The notes: a model not told the origin generated them from the letters alone. A DNA stretch of 64,000 nucleotides from Trueperaceae bacterium (GCA_034521815.1 JAXHLW010000012.1:64001-128000); one strand, 5' to 3'; counted from the stretch's first letter, positions 48,608 to 59,368 are shown. A program made the numbers and translations.

Positions 48608-50415
48608 GCCTTCTCGTCCAGCAGCGCCTCGAACCGGTCCACATGCGCGTCCAGGACGCGGAACGCGTCGGCGACCGGCTCGGGCGAGGCGAGGTCCACG
48701 CCGGCGCGTCGCATGGCGTCCAGCGGCGGGGTGCGACCGCCCTCCCGCAGGAACGCCAGGTAGGCGTCCGCCGCGCCGTCCGTCCCCTCCTGGATCCGGC
48801 GGGCGAAGGCGTGCGCGCCCGCGATTCCGGTGGCGTACATGAACACGTAGAAGCGCGAGTACAGGTGGGTGTGGAACTGCGCCCAGGTGATGCCGACCCG
48901 CTCGTCGTCCATCTCCATCGCCGGGCCGTACGCCTCGGCGAACAGCTCGGCCAGCAGCGCGTTCAGCGCGTCGGCCGAGAGGCCCTCGCCGCTGTCGGCG
49001 CGACGGTGCAGCTCGAGCTCGAAGCGCATCAGCGTCGGCATGATCAGGAAGTAGCGCCCGAAGTTGGACATCGTCTCGTCGATCAGCGCCAGCTCGAAGT
49101 CACGGTCCCCGGACCGCTGCCGGAACAGGTGGTCGCGCATCATCGCCTGGTTGAAGTTGCTGGCGACCTCGGCGGCGAACAGCGTGTAGCGCGCGTACGG
49201 GTACGGCTGAGCGCTCCAGGAGAGGTACGAGTGCATCGAGTGCCCCAGCTCGTGCACCAGCGTGCTGGCCGAGTCCAGATCGTCCGTCCAGCTCATCATG
49301 ATGTACGGCTTGGTCCCGCCCCACGAGGTGCTGAACGCGCCCATCCGCTTGCCGGCGTTGGGGGCGCTGTCCACCCAGCGCTCCTCGAGCGCGCCGCGCC
49401 GCATCGCCTGGACGTAGTCGTCGCCCAGCGGCGCCAAGGCGTCCGAGAGCCAGTCGACCGACTCGCCGAACGTCACGTGCGGCGGCTGCGGGCACACCGG
49501 CGCGTCGACGTCCCAGGGACGGAGGCGCTCCAGGCCGAGGTGGCGACGCTTGAGCTCGAACCAGCGGTGCCACACGCCCAGGTTGGCCTGGTACGCCTCC
49601 ATGAGCGCGTCGACGACGCCCCTGGGCACCTCGAGCGGGGTCAGCGTCATCGCCAGCGCGTCGTCGTAGCCACGGGCGCGCGCCAGCAGGTTCGTCTGGC
49701 GTGCGCCCGTGGTGAGCAGGTTCGCCATCGTGCGCTTCCGCGCCAGGTGGGCGTCGGCGTAGCTCGTCCAGGCGTTCTCGCGCAGCGTCCGGTCGGGGCT
49801 GCCCTTGAGGGCCGAGACGACCGCCTGCGTCACGGCGTGCTCCACGCCGTTGGCGTCGCGCGCCGGGGGGACGTCCAGCTCGGCGTTCGCGAGCAGGCCG
49901 TGGGTCGTCGCGGCCCCGGCGAACGGCGTGCGGAGCGCGCCCAGGAGCGCTTCGACCTCGGCGCTACGGACGTGCGGGGCGTCGCGCTCCAGCCGCTGCA
50001 GCCAGCGCTCCCGATCGTGCAGGGCCGGAGCGCGGATCCACCTCTGGAGCGTCTCCGTACCGATCGCGACCAGCTCGGGCGTGGCGAACGCCGCCGCCTC
50101 GGCCACGTGGGCGCCCAGCGCCGTCAGGCGGTCGGCCCGCTCGCGGGCCGGCTCGTCGTTCGTGTCGACGCTGGACGCCATCGACGCCCAGACGCGGAGG
50201 CGGCCCAGGTCGCGCTCGACCCCCTCGATCGTGTCCAGCCATTCCGCGAGACGCTCCGGGCCGCGGTCCAGCGTGCCCGCGAAGGCGCGGATCTCGTCCA
50301 AGCGGGCGGCGACGTCGTCGGCCGCGGCGTCGAACGCGTCAAGGTCCTCGAACAGGGCGGCGCGGTCCCAGCGCTGGTCGGCGGGCACCTCGGAGCGGGG
50401 CAGAGCGTCGGGCAT
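48604..50415 (-). CDS. pepF: Oligoendopeptidase F (M3B)
   Basis: PRSEVP...WD, ERWVD..PN.GKRMGAFS, TLVHELGHSMHS, AEVAS, FYVFMYATG. Confidence 0.93.
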   Translation of the reverse strand: MPDALPRSEVPADQRWDRAALFEDLDAFDAAADDVAARLDEIRAFAGTLDRGPERLAEWLDTIEGVERDLGRLRVWASMASSVDTNDEPARERADRLTALGAHVAEAAAFATPELVAIGTETLQRWIRAPALHDRERWLQRLERDAPHVRSAEVEALLGALRTPFAGAATTHGLLANAELDVPPARDANGVEHAVTQAVVSALKGSPDRTLRENAWTSYADAHLARKRTMANLLTTGARQTNLLARARGYDDALAMTLTPLEVPRGVVDALMEAYQANLGVWHRWFELKRRHLGLERLRPWDVDAPVCPQPPHVTFGESVDWLSDALAPLGDDYVQAMRRGALEERWVDSAPNAGKRMGAFSTSWGGTKPYIMMSWTDDLDSASTLVHELGHSMHSYLSWSAQPYPYARYTLFAAEVASNFNQAMMRDHLFRQRSGDRDFELALIDETMSNFGRYFLIMPTLMRFELELHRRADSGEGLSADALNALLAELFAEAYGPAMEMDDERVGITWAQFHTHLYSRFYVFMYATGIAGAHAFARRIQEGTDGAADAYLAFLREGGRTPPLDAMRRAGVDLASPEPVADAFRVLDAHVDRFEALLDEKA

Positions 50416-50693
50416 GAAGATCCTTTCCGGGGCGCGGCGCGCGCCCGTGCAGGGCATGGTACGCGCAGACGCGCAGGCGGTGCCACGGTGTCCCGGGTCG
50501 GGCGGGACGGCGTCGGCCGGGGTGGTCGCGGCCGGGGTGGTCGCGGCCGGGGTCCCACGTCCCATGACAGATCGGTGCTCGATGTCGTATGGTCCAGACG
50601 TTCCGAAGATGGGTTCGGAACGGCGCCGGGCCACCGCCCGGACGACGATGGATGTCGCGCCGGGTAGGTGCGGCAGGTAGGGAACAGGTAGAT

Positions 50694-50915
50694 ATGGCGA
50701 CAGGCAAGGTCAAGTGGTTCAGTCCCGAAAAAGGTTTCGGCTTCATCGAACAGGGCGACGGCTCCGCCGACGTTTTCGTTCACTTCTCGTCCATCCAAGG
50801 TGACGGCTACCGGAACCTGTACGAAGGCGACGAGGTCGAGTTCGACGTCGAGCAGGGCCAGAAGGGCCTCCAGGCCTCGAACGTGACGGTCACCCGCCAG
50901 GCCCCCGGAAACTAG
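50694..50915 (+). CDS. csp: Cold-shock protein
   Basis: [38 protein letters not shown]. Confidence 0.97.
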   Translation: MATGKVKWFSPEKGFGFIEQGDGSADVFVHFSSIQGDGYRNLYEGDEVEFDVEQGQKGLQASNVTVTRQAPGN

Positions 50916-50952
50916 GCCCCGGCGACCGACCGAGACATTTCTCGGCCCATTC

Positions 50953-50978
50953 GGGCGCCCGGCTTCGGCCGGGCGCCC
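50953..50978 (+). terminator. Terminator hairpin with a UUCG tetraloop
   Basis: GGGCGCCCGGC-TTCG-GCCGGGCGCCC followed by GTTCT. Confidence 0.8.
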
Positions 50979-51058
50979 GTTCTCGTGATGCCCGTTCGCA
51001 GGACGCCCGTTCACGTGCCGGTCGGTTCATCGGACGCCGCCGGCGCGGGCGGCGTCGG

Positions 51059-52597
51059 TCAGTCGTCGCCGCCCCGGCCGAACCAGTCGGCGGCGGACGG
51101 CTCCAAGTTCCAGTAGAGGTGCTTCGCCTCGCGATACTCGTCCAGCCCGGCGCGCCCCAGCTCGCGGCCGATGCCGCTCTGGCCGACGCCGCCCCACGGC
51201 GCCTCGGGGTAGTACGGGTGGAAGTCGTTGATCCAGACGGTTCCGAAGCGAAGCCTGCGCGCCAGACGCACCGCGCGCGCCGCATCGGCCGAGAACACGC
51301 CGGCCGCCAAGCCGGTTCCGGTCGACGACGCCAGCCGCCACGCCTCGTCGTCGTCGGCGAACGTCTCGACCGTCAGGACCGGCCCGAAGATCTCCTCCTG
51401 GGCGACGCGACCGTCGTGCGGCAGGCCGGTCAGCACGGTGGGCTCCAGGAACGCGCCGCCCACCAGCGTCGCTGCGGTGGGGCGGCCGCCCCCCGCCCGC
51501 AGCTCGGCGCCCTCCTCCTGAGCCAGCCGGACGTAGCCCTCGACCTTGTCGCGATGATCGCTGCTGATCAGCGGACCCATCTCGGTGGCGGGGTCCCACC
51601 CCAGCCCGACACGGATCCGCCGGACCCGGTCCAGGATGCGCGCGACCAGCTCGTCCTCGAGGCTCTCGTGGACCAGCAGGCGCGAGCCGGCCGAGCACAC
51701 CTGCCCTGCGTGATAGAACACCGCGTTCAGCGCATGGTCGGTCGCCAGCGCCACGTCGGCGTCCTGGAGCACGATGTTCGGGTTCTTGCCGCCCAGCTCG
51801 AACGCCACCCGGGTCACGTTCCGCGCGGCCGCCGCAGCGATCATTCGACCGGTGGCGATCCCGCCCGTGAACGAGATCAGGTCCACCCGCGGATCCTCGA
51901 CCAGCGCCGCCCCGGCGGTGGCGCCCGCGCCGGTCACGACGTTGGCCACGCCGGCGGGAAGGCCCGCCTCGCTCAGCATCTCTGCGACCCGCAAGGTGGT
52001 GAGGGGCGTCAGCTCGCTGGGCTTGATCACGAAGGTGCAGCCGGCGGCCAGCGCCGGCGCGATCTTCCACGACGCCTGCAGCAGCGGGTAGTTCCACGGC
52101 GTGATCATCGCCGCGACCCCGACCGGGTCGTGCAGCGTCAAGCTCAGCGCGCCGCCGGGGACGGGGTTCACGTCGCCCCGGTCGGTGCGGATCTCGGCCG
52201 CGTAGTAGCGGAAGACCTGGGCGATCTGGTCCATGTCCGCGCGACTCTCGATCAGGGTCTTGCCGGTGTCGAGGGTCTCGAGCCAGGCCAGCTCCTCGTT
52301 CTCGCTCTCGATCCGGTCCGCGACCCGCTCCAGCAGGCGAGCCCGCTCCTGGACGGAGGTTCGCGGCCAGGGGCCGTCGTCGAACGCCTGCCGGGCGGCG
52401 GCGATCGCGTCCGCGACGTCGGTCGCGCCGGCTTCGGGGACGTCGGTCAACGTGCGGCCGGTGGCCGGATCGACCACGGCGCGCGTCTCGCCGCTGTGGG
52501 CGGGACGCTCGGCGTCGCCGATGCGCAGCACGGGACGGGGCAGGCGCGGAGCGTTCGGGGCGTCGCTCGTCGTTTCGGTGGGCGTGTCGCGGGTCAT
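51059..52597 (-). CDS. betB: Aldehyde dehydrogenase, betaine-aldehyde-dehydrogenase-like
   Basis: ITPWNYPLLQASWK, KPSELTP, FTGG, ELGGKNP, HAGQVCSAGSR, EEIFGPV; divergent from betA. Confidence 0.8.
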   Translation of the reverse strand: MTRDTPTETTSDAPNAPRLPRPVLRIGDAERPAHSGETRAVVDPATGRTLTDVPEAGATDVADAIAAARQAFDDGPWPRTSVQERARLLERVADRIESENEELAWLETLDTGKTLIESRADMDQIAQVFRYYAAEIRTDRGDVNPVPGGALSLTLHDPVGVAAMITPWNYPLLQASWKIAPALAAGCTFVIKPSELTPLTTLRVAEMLSEAGLPAGVANVVTGAGATAGAALVEDPRVDLISFTGGIATGRMIAAAAARNVTRVAFELGGKNPNIVLQDADVALATDHALNAVFYHAGQVCSAGSRLLVHESLEDELVARILDRVRRIRVGLGWDPATEMGPLISSDHRDKVEGYVRLAQEEGAELRAGGGRPTAATLVGGAFLEPTVLTGLPHDGRVAQEEIFGPVLTVETFADDDEAWRLASSTGTGLAAGVFSADAARAVRLARRLRFGTVWINDFHPYYPEAPWGGVGQSGIGRELGRAGLDEYREAKHLYWNLEPSAADWFGRGGDD

Positions 52598-52661
52598 GGG
52601 TCCTCCTAGCAGGGCTCGGGGCAAGGCGGACGGCTCGCCGAGCGGCGGGAGCGCGCCCCGG

Positions 52662-53561
52662 TCATCCTTCGCCGGAACGCGGATCGATGGCGTCGCGCAG
52701 CCAGTCTCCCAGCAGGTTGATGCCCAGCGTGGTCAGCGCGATCGCCAAGCCGGGGAAGATCGCCATCCACGGCTGGGTGGTCAGGAACCGCCGTCCCAGC
52801 GCCAGCATGTTGCCCCAGCTGGGCACCTGGGGCGGAACGCTCAGGCCCAGGAAGCCGAGGCCCGCCTCGTAGAAGATCATGGCCGAGGTCTCGAACGTCG
52901 CGAGCGTGGCCAGCGGCCCGATCAGGTTGGGAAGGAGATGGCGAGGGATGATGCGTCCGGCGCTCGCCCCCAGGCCGCGGGCCGCCTCGACGTACGACAG
53001 CTGGCGCAGGCGAAGCACCTCGCCCCTGGTGACGCGGATGAACACGGGGCTGCTGGTGACCCCGAACAGCAGGATCACGTTGGTCAGGCTCCGGCCCAGG
53101 ATGGTCGCGATGACGATCACCAGGACCAGGTACGGGATGGACAGCAGCAGGTTGGTGAAGGCGGTCACGACGGTGTCCAGCCAGCCGCCGAAGTAGCCGG
53201 CCAGCAGCCCCAGCGTCACGCCGATCGTGAGGGAGACCGACACGCCCAGCACGCCGACCAGCAGCGACACGCGAGCGCCGTACACGATCCGGCTGAACAG
53301 GTCCTGACCCAGCTGGTCGGTGCCCAGAAGATGCGCGGTGCTGCCCTCGGGGTGCCAGGCGGGCGGAATGCGCGCCGCCAGGAAGTCCGCGTCGGACGGC
53401 CCGTACGGCGCCACCCACGGCGCGAACAGCGCCGCGCCGGCGATGACGGTGATCAGGACCAGGCCGGCCAGACCGGCCGGGCTGCCGCGAAGGTCGCGCA
53501 GCAGCCGGCGGGGCGAGAACAGGCCCTCGCCGCTGTGCGCGTTCGTGTCCGGATCGCTCAC
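52662..53561 (-). CDS. Peptide/nickel-type ABC permease (DppC-like)
   Basis: HLLGTDQLGQD, YGARVSL, YVEAARGLGA, HLLPN, SWGNML, NLLGDWLRD. Confidence 0.93.
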   Translation of the reverse strand: MSDPDTNAHSGEGLFSPRRLLRDLRGSPAGLAGLVLITVIAGAALFAPWVAPYGPSDADFLAARIPPAWHPEGSTAHLLGTDQLGQDLFSRIVYGARVSLLVGVLGVSVSLTIGVTLGLLAGYFGGWLDTVVTAFTNLLLSIPYLVLVIVIATILGRSLTNVILLFGVTSSPVFIRVTRGEVLRLRQLSYVEAARGLGASAGRIIPRHLLPNLIGPLATLATFETSAMIFYEAGLGFLGLSVPPQVPSWGNMLALGRRFLTTQPWMAIFPGLAIALTTLGINLLGDWLRDAIDPRSGEG

Positions 53562-54475
53562 GACAGCCTCAATCGCGGGTCGATAAGGCCGTAGACCAGG
53601 TCGGTCGCCAGGTGGATCGAGATCGCGAACAGCGACAGGAAGATCGTGATCGACTGGACCAGGGGGAAGTCGGTGTCGCGGATCGCCGTCTCGAGCAGCG
53701 TCCCCAGGCCGGGCCAGGCGAACACGACCTCGATGTAGACCGAGCCGCCCAGCAGGTAGGTGAACTGGATCCCGATCACGCTGACGATCGGGATCGCGAC
53801 GTTGGGCAGCACGTGCCGGAGCGACACGACACGCTCGCGGATGCCCTTGGCCCGGGCGGTGCGGATGTAGTCGCTCTTGCGCACCTCCAGCACCGCCGAG
53901 CGCGTCAGCCGGACCAGCTGCCCCATGCCCGCGAAGCCCAGCGCCACGGCCGGGAGCACCAGCGAGGCGGGACCGTCCCTGCCGAACGACGGGAACCACC
54001 CCAGCTGGACGGAGAAGAACACGATCAGCAGCATCCCCAGCCAGAAGTTCGGGATGGTCTGACCGGCCAGGCCCACGCCGCGGGCCGCGAGGTCCAGGCC
54101 GCTGCCCGGGCGCATCCCGCCCGCCAAGCCCAGCGGCACCGCCACGATCATCGCGAACGCCAGGGCGGCCAGAGCCAGCTCCAAGGTGGCCGGCAGTCGC
54201 TCACCGATGATCTCGATGGTGGGCCGTCGCTGGCGCAGCGAGTCGCCCAGGTCGCCCCGGAACACGCCGGTCATGTACTCCGCGAACTGCACGGGCAGCG
54301 GCCGGTCCAGCCCCATCGCGGCGGCGAACGCCGCCCGCTGTTCGGGAGGCGCCTCCTTGGGCAGCATCAGCCCGACCGGATCGCCGGTGAGCCGAACCAT
54401 GAAGAACACCAGCACGAGCACGCCCAGGATCAGCAGGAGCGACTCGCCGGTGCGACGAACGAGAAATCTCAGCAT
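53558..54475 (-). CDS. Peptide/nickel-type ABC permease (DppB-like)
   Basis: GLDRPL..Q, GDLGDS, PNFWLG, DYIRTARAKG, IEVVFAWPGLG, IDPR. Confidence 0.93.
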   Translation of the reverse strand: MLRFLVRRTGESLLLILGVLVLVFFMVRLTGDPVGLMLPKEAPPEQRAAFAAAMGLDRPLPVQFAEYMTGVFRGDLGDSLRQRRPTIEIIGERLPATLELALAALAFAMIVAVPLGLAGGMRPGSGLDLAARGVGLAGQTIPNFWLGMLLIVFFSVQLGWFPSFGRDGPASLVLPAVALGFAGMGQLVRLTRSAVLEVRKSDYIRTARAKGIRERVVSLRHVLPNVAIPIVSVIGIQFTYLLGGSVYIEVVFAWPGLGTLLETAIRDTDFPLVQSITIFLSLFAISIHLATDLVYGLIDPRLRLS

Positions 54476-54487
54476 CGCAAGATAGGG

Positions 54488-54512
54488 CCGGTCCGGACGA
54501 GCGCCGGACCGG
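54488..54512 (-). other. Intergenic stem-loop after the binding-protein gene (likely mRNA stabiliser or attenuator)
   Basis: CCGGTCCGG-acgagcg-CCGGACCGG. Confidence 0.55.
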
Positions 54513-54520
54513 CGGAACGA

Positions 54521-56053
54521 TCAGTCGGCGAAGCCGACGGACCGGAGGAAGTACTCTTCGGCGGCACGAGGCTGGTAGCCGACCAGGTCGGCGTCGACCG
54601 CCTCGAAGATCACCGGCTGGTAGAGGTAGATGAACGGCGGATCCTCGCGCATGAGCTCGTGCATCTCGACGTACAGCGCGGCGCGCGCCTCGCGGTCGAC
54701 CTCGGACTCGATCTCCTCGATCAGGCTCGCGAACTTCTCGTCCTCCCAGGTGGTGTAGTAGTTCCCGGGGGTGAGGGCGCCGTCCAGGCGGGGCAGCGCC
54801 TCGCCGAACTCGGACGACCAGCTGTCGACGTACATCGGGCCGGTCACGGCGTACTGAGCCTCGCTCCAGTAGGCGTTCGTCGTCTGGAAGTCCACCTCGA
54901 CGTCGACGCCGATGCCGCCAAGGCTGCTGGCGATCGCCTGGCAGACCTCGTTGATGTTGATGTAGCCGTCCGCGGGGCAGCCCATGCTGATCTCGAAGCC
55001 GTCAGGGTAGCCGGCTTCGGCCAGCAGCTCGCGGGCGCGCTCGGGATCGTAGGGGAACGGCTCCATCAGGTCGGCGTCGTAGCCCAGGTTGCCCTCGACG
55101 ATGAAGCCGGGAGCGGCGTTGGCCTGACCGCTGAAGATCGCCTGGTTGATGCCGAACCGGTCCAGGCCGTAGTTGAGCGCCTGGCGGACGCGCGCGTCCT
55201 CGAGCGGGGTGCCCACGCCGGCGCCGATGTTCTTGAACGCCACGTAGTAGACGCGATCGTTCAGGTACGAGATGACCTCGACGTCCTCTTCGCCTTCCAG
55301 CACGCTGACCTGATCGGCCGTCAGGCGGTTGGCGATGTCGATGTCGCCGGTCCGGATGGCGGCCAGGCGGGTCGAGGCGTCGGGGATCACGCGGTAGACG
55401 AGGCGGTCGACCTTCGGCAGGCCTTCATCCCAGTAGTCGGGGTTCGCCTCCATCACGATCCGGTCACCCGCGGTGCGGGAGACGAAGCGGAACGGGCCGG
55501 TGCCGACGGGATCCTGGGCGAACGCGTCCAGGCCCACCTCGGCGATGTACTCCGGAGGCACCATCGCCCAGTCGTTCGCCATCAGCGTGAGGAAGGTGGC
55601 GTTGGGCTCGGGGGTGGTGATCCGGACGGTGTGGTCGTCGATCGCTTCGACCAGGTCCGCGGCGGCGTACGAGTCGGCGTAGTCGTTCGAGTCGTCCTTG
55701 CCGGTCTCCCACGTGGCGATGACCGACGCGGCGTCGAACGGCTCGCCGTTATGGAACACGACGTCCTGGCGAAGCTCGAACACGTACTCCGTGCCGTCGT
55801 CGGAGACGGTCCAGTCGGTCGCGAGCGCCGGCACGATCTCACCGGCGTCGTCGATCCAGACCAGAGAGTCGAACAGCGACCAGGCGGCGTTCGAGGCGGT
55901 GCGATCCGAGGTGCGCGGCATGAACAGCGAGGTCGGGTCGCTGGACAGCGCGACGACGAGCTCGTCCTCGCTCTCCTGGGCGAAGGCGGCGGGGAGGGCG
56001 ATCAGGGCGGCCAGGACGGCAGCGAGCAACGTTCGTAAGGTCCGGTGAGTCAA
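54521..56053 (-). CDS. ABC substrate-binding protein, family 5
   Basis: AAGGAG RBS, TTG start, signal peptide; PALATDW, FHNG, PVGTGPF, YDPERARELLAEAGY. Confidence 0.92.
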   Translation of the reverse strand: MTHRTLRTLLAAVLAALIALPAAFAQESEDELVVALSSDPTSLFMPRTSDRTASNAAWSLFDSLVWIDDAGEIVPALATDWTVSDDGTEYVFELRQDVVFHNGEPFDAASVIATWETGKDDSNDYADSYAAADLVEAIDDHTVRITTPEPNATFLTLMANDWAMVPPEYIAEVGLDAFAQDPVGTGPFRFVSRTAGDRIVMEANPDYWDEGLPKVDRLVYRVIPDASTRLAAIRTGDIDIANRLTADQVSVLEGEEDVEVISYLNDRVYYVAFKNIGAGVGTPLEDARVRQALNYGLDRFGINQAIFSGQANAAPGFIVEGNLGYDADLMEPFPYDPERARELLAEAGYPDGFEISMGCPADGYININEVCQAIASSLGGIGVDVEVDFQTTNAYWSEAQYAVTGPMYVDSWSSEFGEALPRLDGALTPGNYYTTWEDEKFASLIEEIESEVDREARAALYVEMHELMREDPPFIYLYQPVIFEAVDADLVGYQPRAAEEYFLRSVGFAD

Positions 56054-56312
56054 CGGAGTCTCCTTCGAAATCGAGCGTGATGGACGGGCGTGTGGTCTTC
56101 TGTCGGACGAGCCGAGCCGGCCCGGCCGTCGCGACGAGCGGCGGCGCGAAGAGCGCGGGCCGCAAGGCGCCGTGCCGGGAGGGTCGACCAGGCACCTTAG
56201 CATGCGTCCGTGAGAGCGCCGAAGATAGCGTGTGGGACGCGATGACCGAAACGAGACCGCACCGAGCGGTACGGGCGGCCGCGGCTGGGGCCGCCGCTGG
56301 AAGGAGCGAACG

Positions 56313-58007
56313 ATGAGCGAAGAACGCTACGACGTGGTGGTGGTGGGCGGAGGATCGGCGGGGTCGGCGATCGCGGCGCGGCTGAGCGAGGACGCGTCCA
56401 CCCGCGTCCTGGTCCTCGAGGCCGGCCGCGCCGACTGGCCGTGGGACGTGTTCATCCACATGCCGGCCGCCCTGCCGTTCCCGATCGGAAACCCCCGCTA
56501 CGACTGGGGCTACGCCTCCGACCCCGAGCCGCACATGGGCGGCCGCACCGTCTACCACGCCCGCGGCAAGGTGCTGGGCGGCTCGTCGAGCATCAACGGC
56601 ATGATCTTCCAGCGCGGCAACCCGATGGACTACGACCGCTGGGCGCAGGCGCCGGGGATGGAGGCGTGGGACTACGCCCACTGCCTGCCGTACTTCAAGA
56701 GGATGGAGACCAGCCCGACAGGGCCGGACGCCTGGCGCGGCGGCGACGGGCCGTTGATCCTGGAGCGCGGCCCGGCGACCAACCCGCTGTTCGGCGCGTT
56801 CTTCGAAGCCGCCCAGCAAGCGGGGTACCAGCGAACCGACGACGTGAACGGCTACCGTCAGGAGGGGTTCGCGCCGTTCGACCGGAACATCCACCGCGGT
56901 CGCCGCTGGTCGGCGTCCAAGGCGTACCTGGGCCCGGCCCGGCATCGGGAGAACCTCGAGGTCCGGACCCGCGCGACCACGACCCGGATCCTCTTCGACG
57001 GAACGCGCGCCATCGGCGTCGAGTACCTGCACCGGGGACGCGCCAAGCGGGTCCTGGCGGACGAGGTGATCCTCACCGCCGGCGCGATCGCCACGCCCCA
57101 GCTGCTGCAGCTCTCGGGCGTGGGGCCGGTCGACCACCTGCGCTCGCTGGGCATCGAGCCGGTCGCCGACCTGCCCGGGGTCGGACGCAACCTGCAGGAC
57201 CACCTCGAGGTGTACATCCAGCACGCCTCGAAACAGCCCGTCTCGATGGCGCCCTACCTGGCGTGGTGGAGGCGGCCGTGGGTCGGGTTCCAGTGGCTGT
57301 TCTTCCGGCGCGGCGCGGGCGCGACGAACCACTTCGAGGGCGGAGGGTTCGTTAGGTCCAACGACGAGGTCGACTGGCCCAACCTGATGTTCCACTTCCT
57401 GCCGCTCGCGATTCGCTACGACGGCACCTCGCCCGCCTCGGGCCACGGCTACCAGGTGCACGTGGGACCGATGTTCTCGGACGTCCGCGGCGAGCTGAAG
57501 ATCGTGTCGTCCGACCCGAGCGTGAAGCCGTCGATGCGGTTCAACTACCTCTCGACCGAGAACGATCGCCGCGAGTGGCTCGAGGCGGTCCGGACCGCGC
57601 GGCAGATCCTGAGCCAGCCGGCGTTCGAGCCGTACGACGCCGGCGAGCTCTCGCCCGGCCCCGCGGTCCAGAGCGACGAGGAGATCCTGGACTGGGTCGC
57701 CCGCGACGCCGAGACGGCGCTGCACCCGTGCGGTACCGCCAAGATGGGCACCGACGCGGCGTCCGTCGTCGACCCGTCGTCGATGAAGGTGCACGGGCTC
57801 GAGGGGCTGCGGATCGCCGACGCGTCGGTGATGCCGGTGATCACGAACGGCAACATCTACGCGCCGGTGATGATGATCGCCGAGAAGGCGGCCGACCTGA
57901 TCCGCGGCCGCGAGCCGCTGCCGCCCTCCGACGCTCCGGTCCATCGCCACGGCGATACGTCGGGCGCCCCGTCCGCTCCGGGACACACCGTTCCACCTCG
58001 CCCCTGA
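56313..58007 (+). CDS. betA: Choline dehydrogenase (GMC oxidoreductase)
   Basis: [59 protein letters not shown]. Confidence 0.9.
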   Translation: MSEERYDVVVVGGGSAGSAIAARLSEDASTRVLVLEAGRADWPWDVFIHMPAALPFPIGNPRYDWGYASDPEPHMGGRTVYHARGKVLGGSSSINGMIFQRGNPMDYDRWAQAPGMEAWDYAHCLPYFKRMETSPTGPDAWRGGDGPLILERGPATNPLFGAFFEAAQQAGYQRTDDVNGYRQEGFAPFDRNIHRGRRWSASKAYLGPARHRENLEVRTRATTTRILFDGTRAIGVEYLHRGRAKRVLADEVILTAGAIATPQLLQLSGVGPVDHLRSLGIEPVADLPGVGRNLQDHLEVYIQHASKQPVSMAPYLAWWRRPWVGFQWLFFRRGAGATNHFEGGGFVRSNDEVDWPNLMFHFLPLAIRYDGTSPASGHGYQVHVGPMFSDVRGELKIVSSDPSVKPSMRFNYLSTENDRREWLEAVRTARQILSQPAFEPYDAGELSPGPAVQSDEEILDWVARDAETALHPCGTAKMGTDAASVVDPSSMKVHGLEGLRIADASVMPVITNGNIYAPVMMIAEKAADLIRGREPLPPSDAPVHRHGDTSGAPSAPGHTVPPRP

Positions 58008-58024
58008 GCATCGTAGGGTGCCCC

Positions 58025-59368
58025 ATGACCGGCCGAAACCCGCTCTTCTACCAGACCCGCGCCACGCTCCCGACCGTCGAACGCGGCGAGGGCGTGTGGC
58101 TGATCGACTCCGAAGGACGGCGCGTGCTGGACGGCTGTTCCGGCGCGGTCGTGGCCAACGTCGGGCACGCCCACCCGTACGTCCTGGAGGCGATGCGGCG
58201 GCAGGCCGAGAAGGTGACGTTCGCGTACCGGACCCAGTTCGAGAACGAGCCGGCGCTGGCGTTCGCGCGGCGCCTCACCGAGCACCTCACGCAGGGTCTC
58301 GAGCGGATCTTCTTCGTCTCCGGCGGCTCGGAAGCGGTCGAGACGGCGATCAAGCTGGCGCGTAGCTACCACTCGGCGCGCGGCGACGATCGCCGCTACC
58401 GCATCGTCAGCCGCTTTCCGAGCTACCACGGCTCGACCCTCGGCGCGCTGGCGGCGACCGGCTACCGGCCGCTCACCGACGGCTACGCGCCGATGATGGT
58501 CGAGCCCAACCACGTCACCGCGCCCACCTGCTACCACTGTCCGTTCGGTCTGAGCTACCCGACCTGCGGGCTGGCGTGCGCCCAGGACCTGGAGCGCGTG
58601 CTGCAGTCGCTGGATCCCTCCACCGTGGCGGCGTTCGTGCTGGAGCCGATCGGCGGCGCCTCGACCGGCGCGATCGTCCCGCCCGACGGCTACTTCGACC
58701 GGATCACCGAGATCGCGCGGGCGCACGGCATCCTGCTGATCTTCGACGAGGTCATGACCGGCGCGGGCCGGACCGGCGCCTACTGCGCCTACCAGCACTG
58801 GGATCCCGGCGCGCAGGTCGACATCCTGGCGCTGTCCAAAGGCCTGGGCGCGGGCTACACCCCGCTCGGCGCGGTCGCGGCACGCGACGAGATCGCCGAG
58901 ACGGTGCTGGACGCGGGCGCGTTTCCCCACGGCTTCTCGTACGCCGGCAACCCGCTGTCGTGCGCGGTGGGGCTGGCGGTGCTCGAGGTGATCGAGAACG
59001 AGGGACTGATCGAGCGCGCCGCGATCAAGGGCGAGACCTTGGGCGAGGGGCTGCGCGAGCTGGCCGTGCGGCACCCGATGATCGGCGACGTCCGCGGCAA
59101 GGGGATGCTGTGGGGCCTCGAGTTCGTCGCCGACCGCGACGCCCGCACGCCGTTCGAGTTCGACATGAACGTGGCCCAGCGTCTGACGGTGTTCGCGGCG
59201 GCCGAGAAGCTGCTCATCTACCCGCGGCGCGGTGGGGGCGGCCTGTTCGGCGATCACGCGCTGATCGCGCCGCCGCTCACGATCGACGACGGCGAGATCG
59301 GCGAGCTGCTCGCGCGGCTGGACCGCGCCCTGACCCGCTGCGAGCGGGACCTGGCGGAGGCGGCGTGA
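58025..59368 (+). CDS. Class III PLP aminotransferase
   Basis: LDGCSGAVV, VSGGSEAVE, SYHGST, LEPIGG, FDEVMTG.GRTG, LSKGLGAGY; leaderless after TAGGGT. Confidence 0.92.
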   Translation: MTGRNPLFYQTRATLPTVERGEGVWLIDSEGRRVLDGCSGAVVANVGHAHPYVLEAMRRQAEKVTFAYRTQFENEPALAFARRLTEHLTQGLERIFFVSGGSEAVETAIKLARSYHSARGDDRRYRIVSRFPSYHGSTLGALAATGYRPLTDGYAPMMVEPNHVTAPTCYHCPFGLSYPTCGLACAQDLERVLQSLDPSTVAAFVLEPIGGASTGAIVPPDGYFDRITEIARAHGILLIFDEVMTGAGRTGAYCAYQHWDPGAQVDILALSKGLGAGYTPLGAVAARDEIAETVLDAGAFPHGFSYAGNPLSCAVGLAVLEVIENEGLIERAAIKGETLGEGLRELAVRHPMIGDVRGKGMLWGLEFVADRDARTPFEFDMNVAQRLTVFAAAEKLLIYPRRGGGGLFGDHALIAPPLTIDDGEIGELLARLDRALTRCERDLAEAA

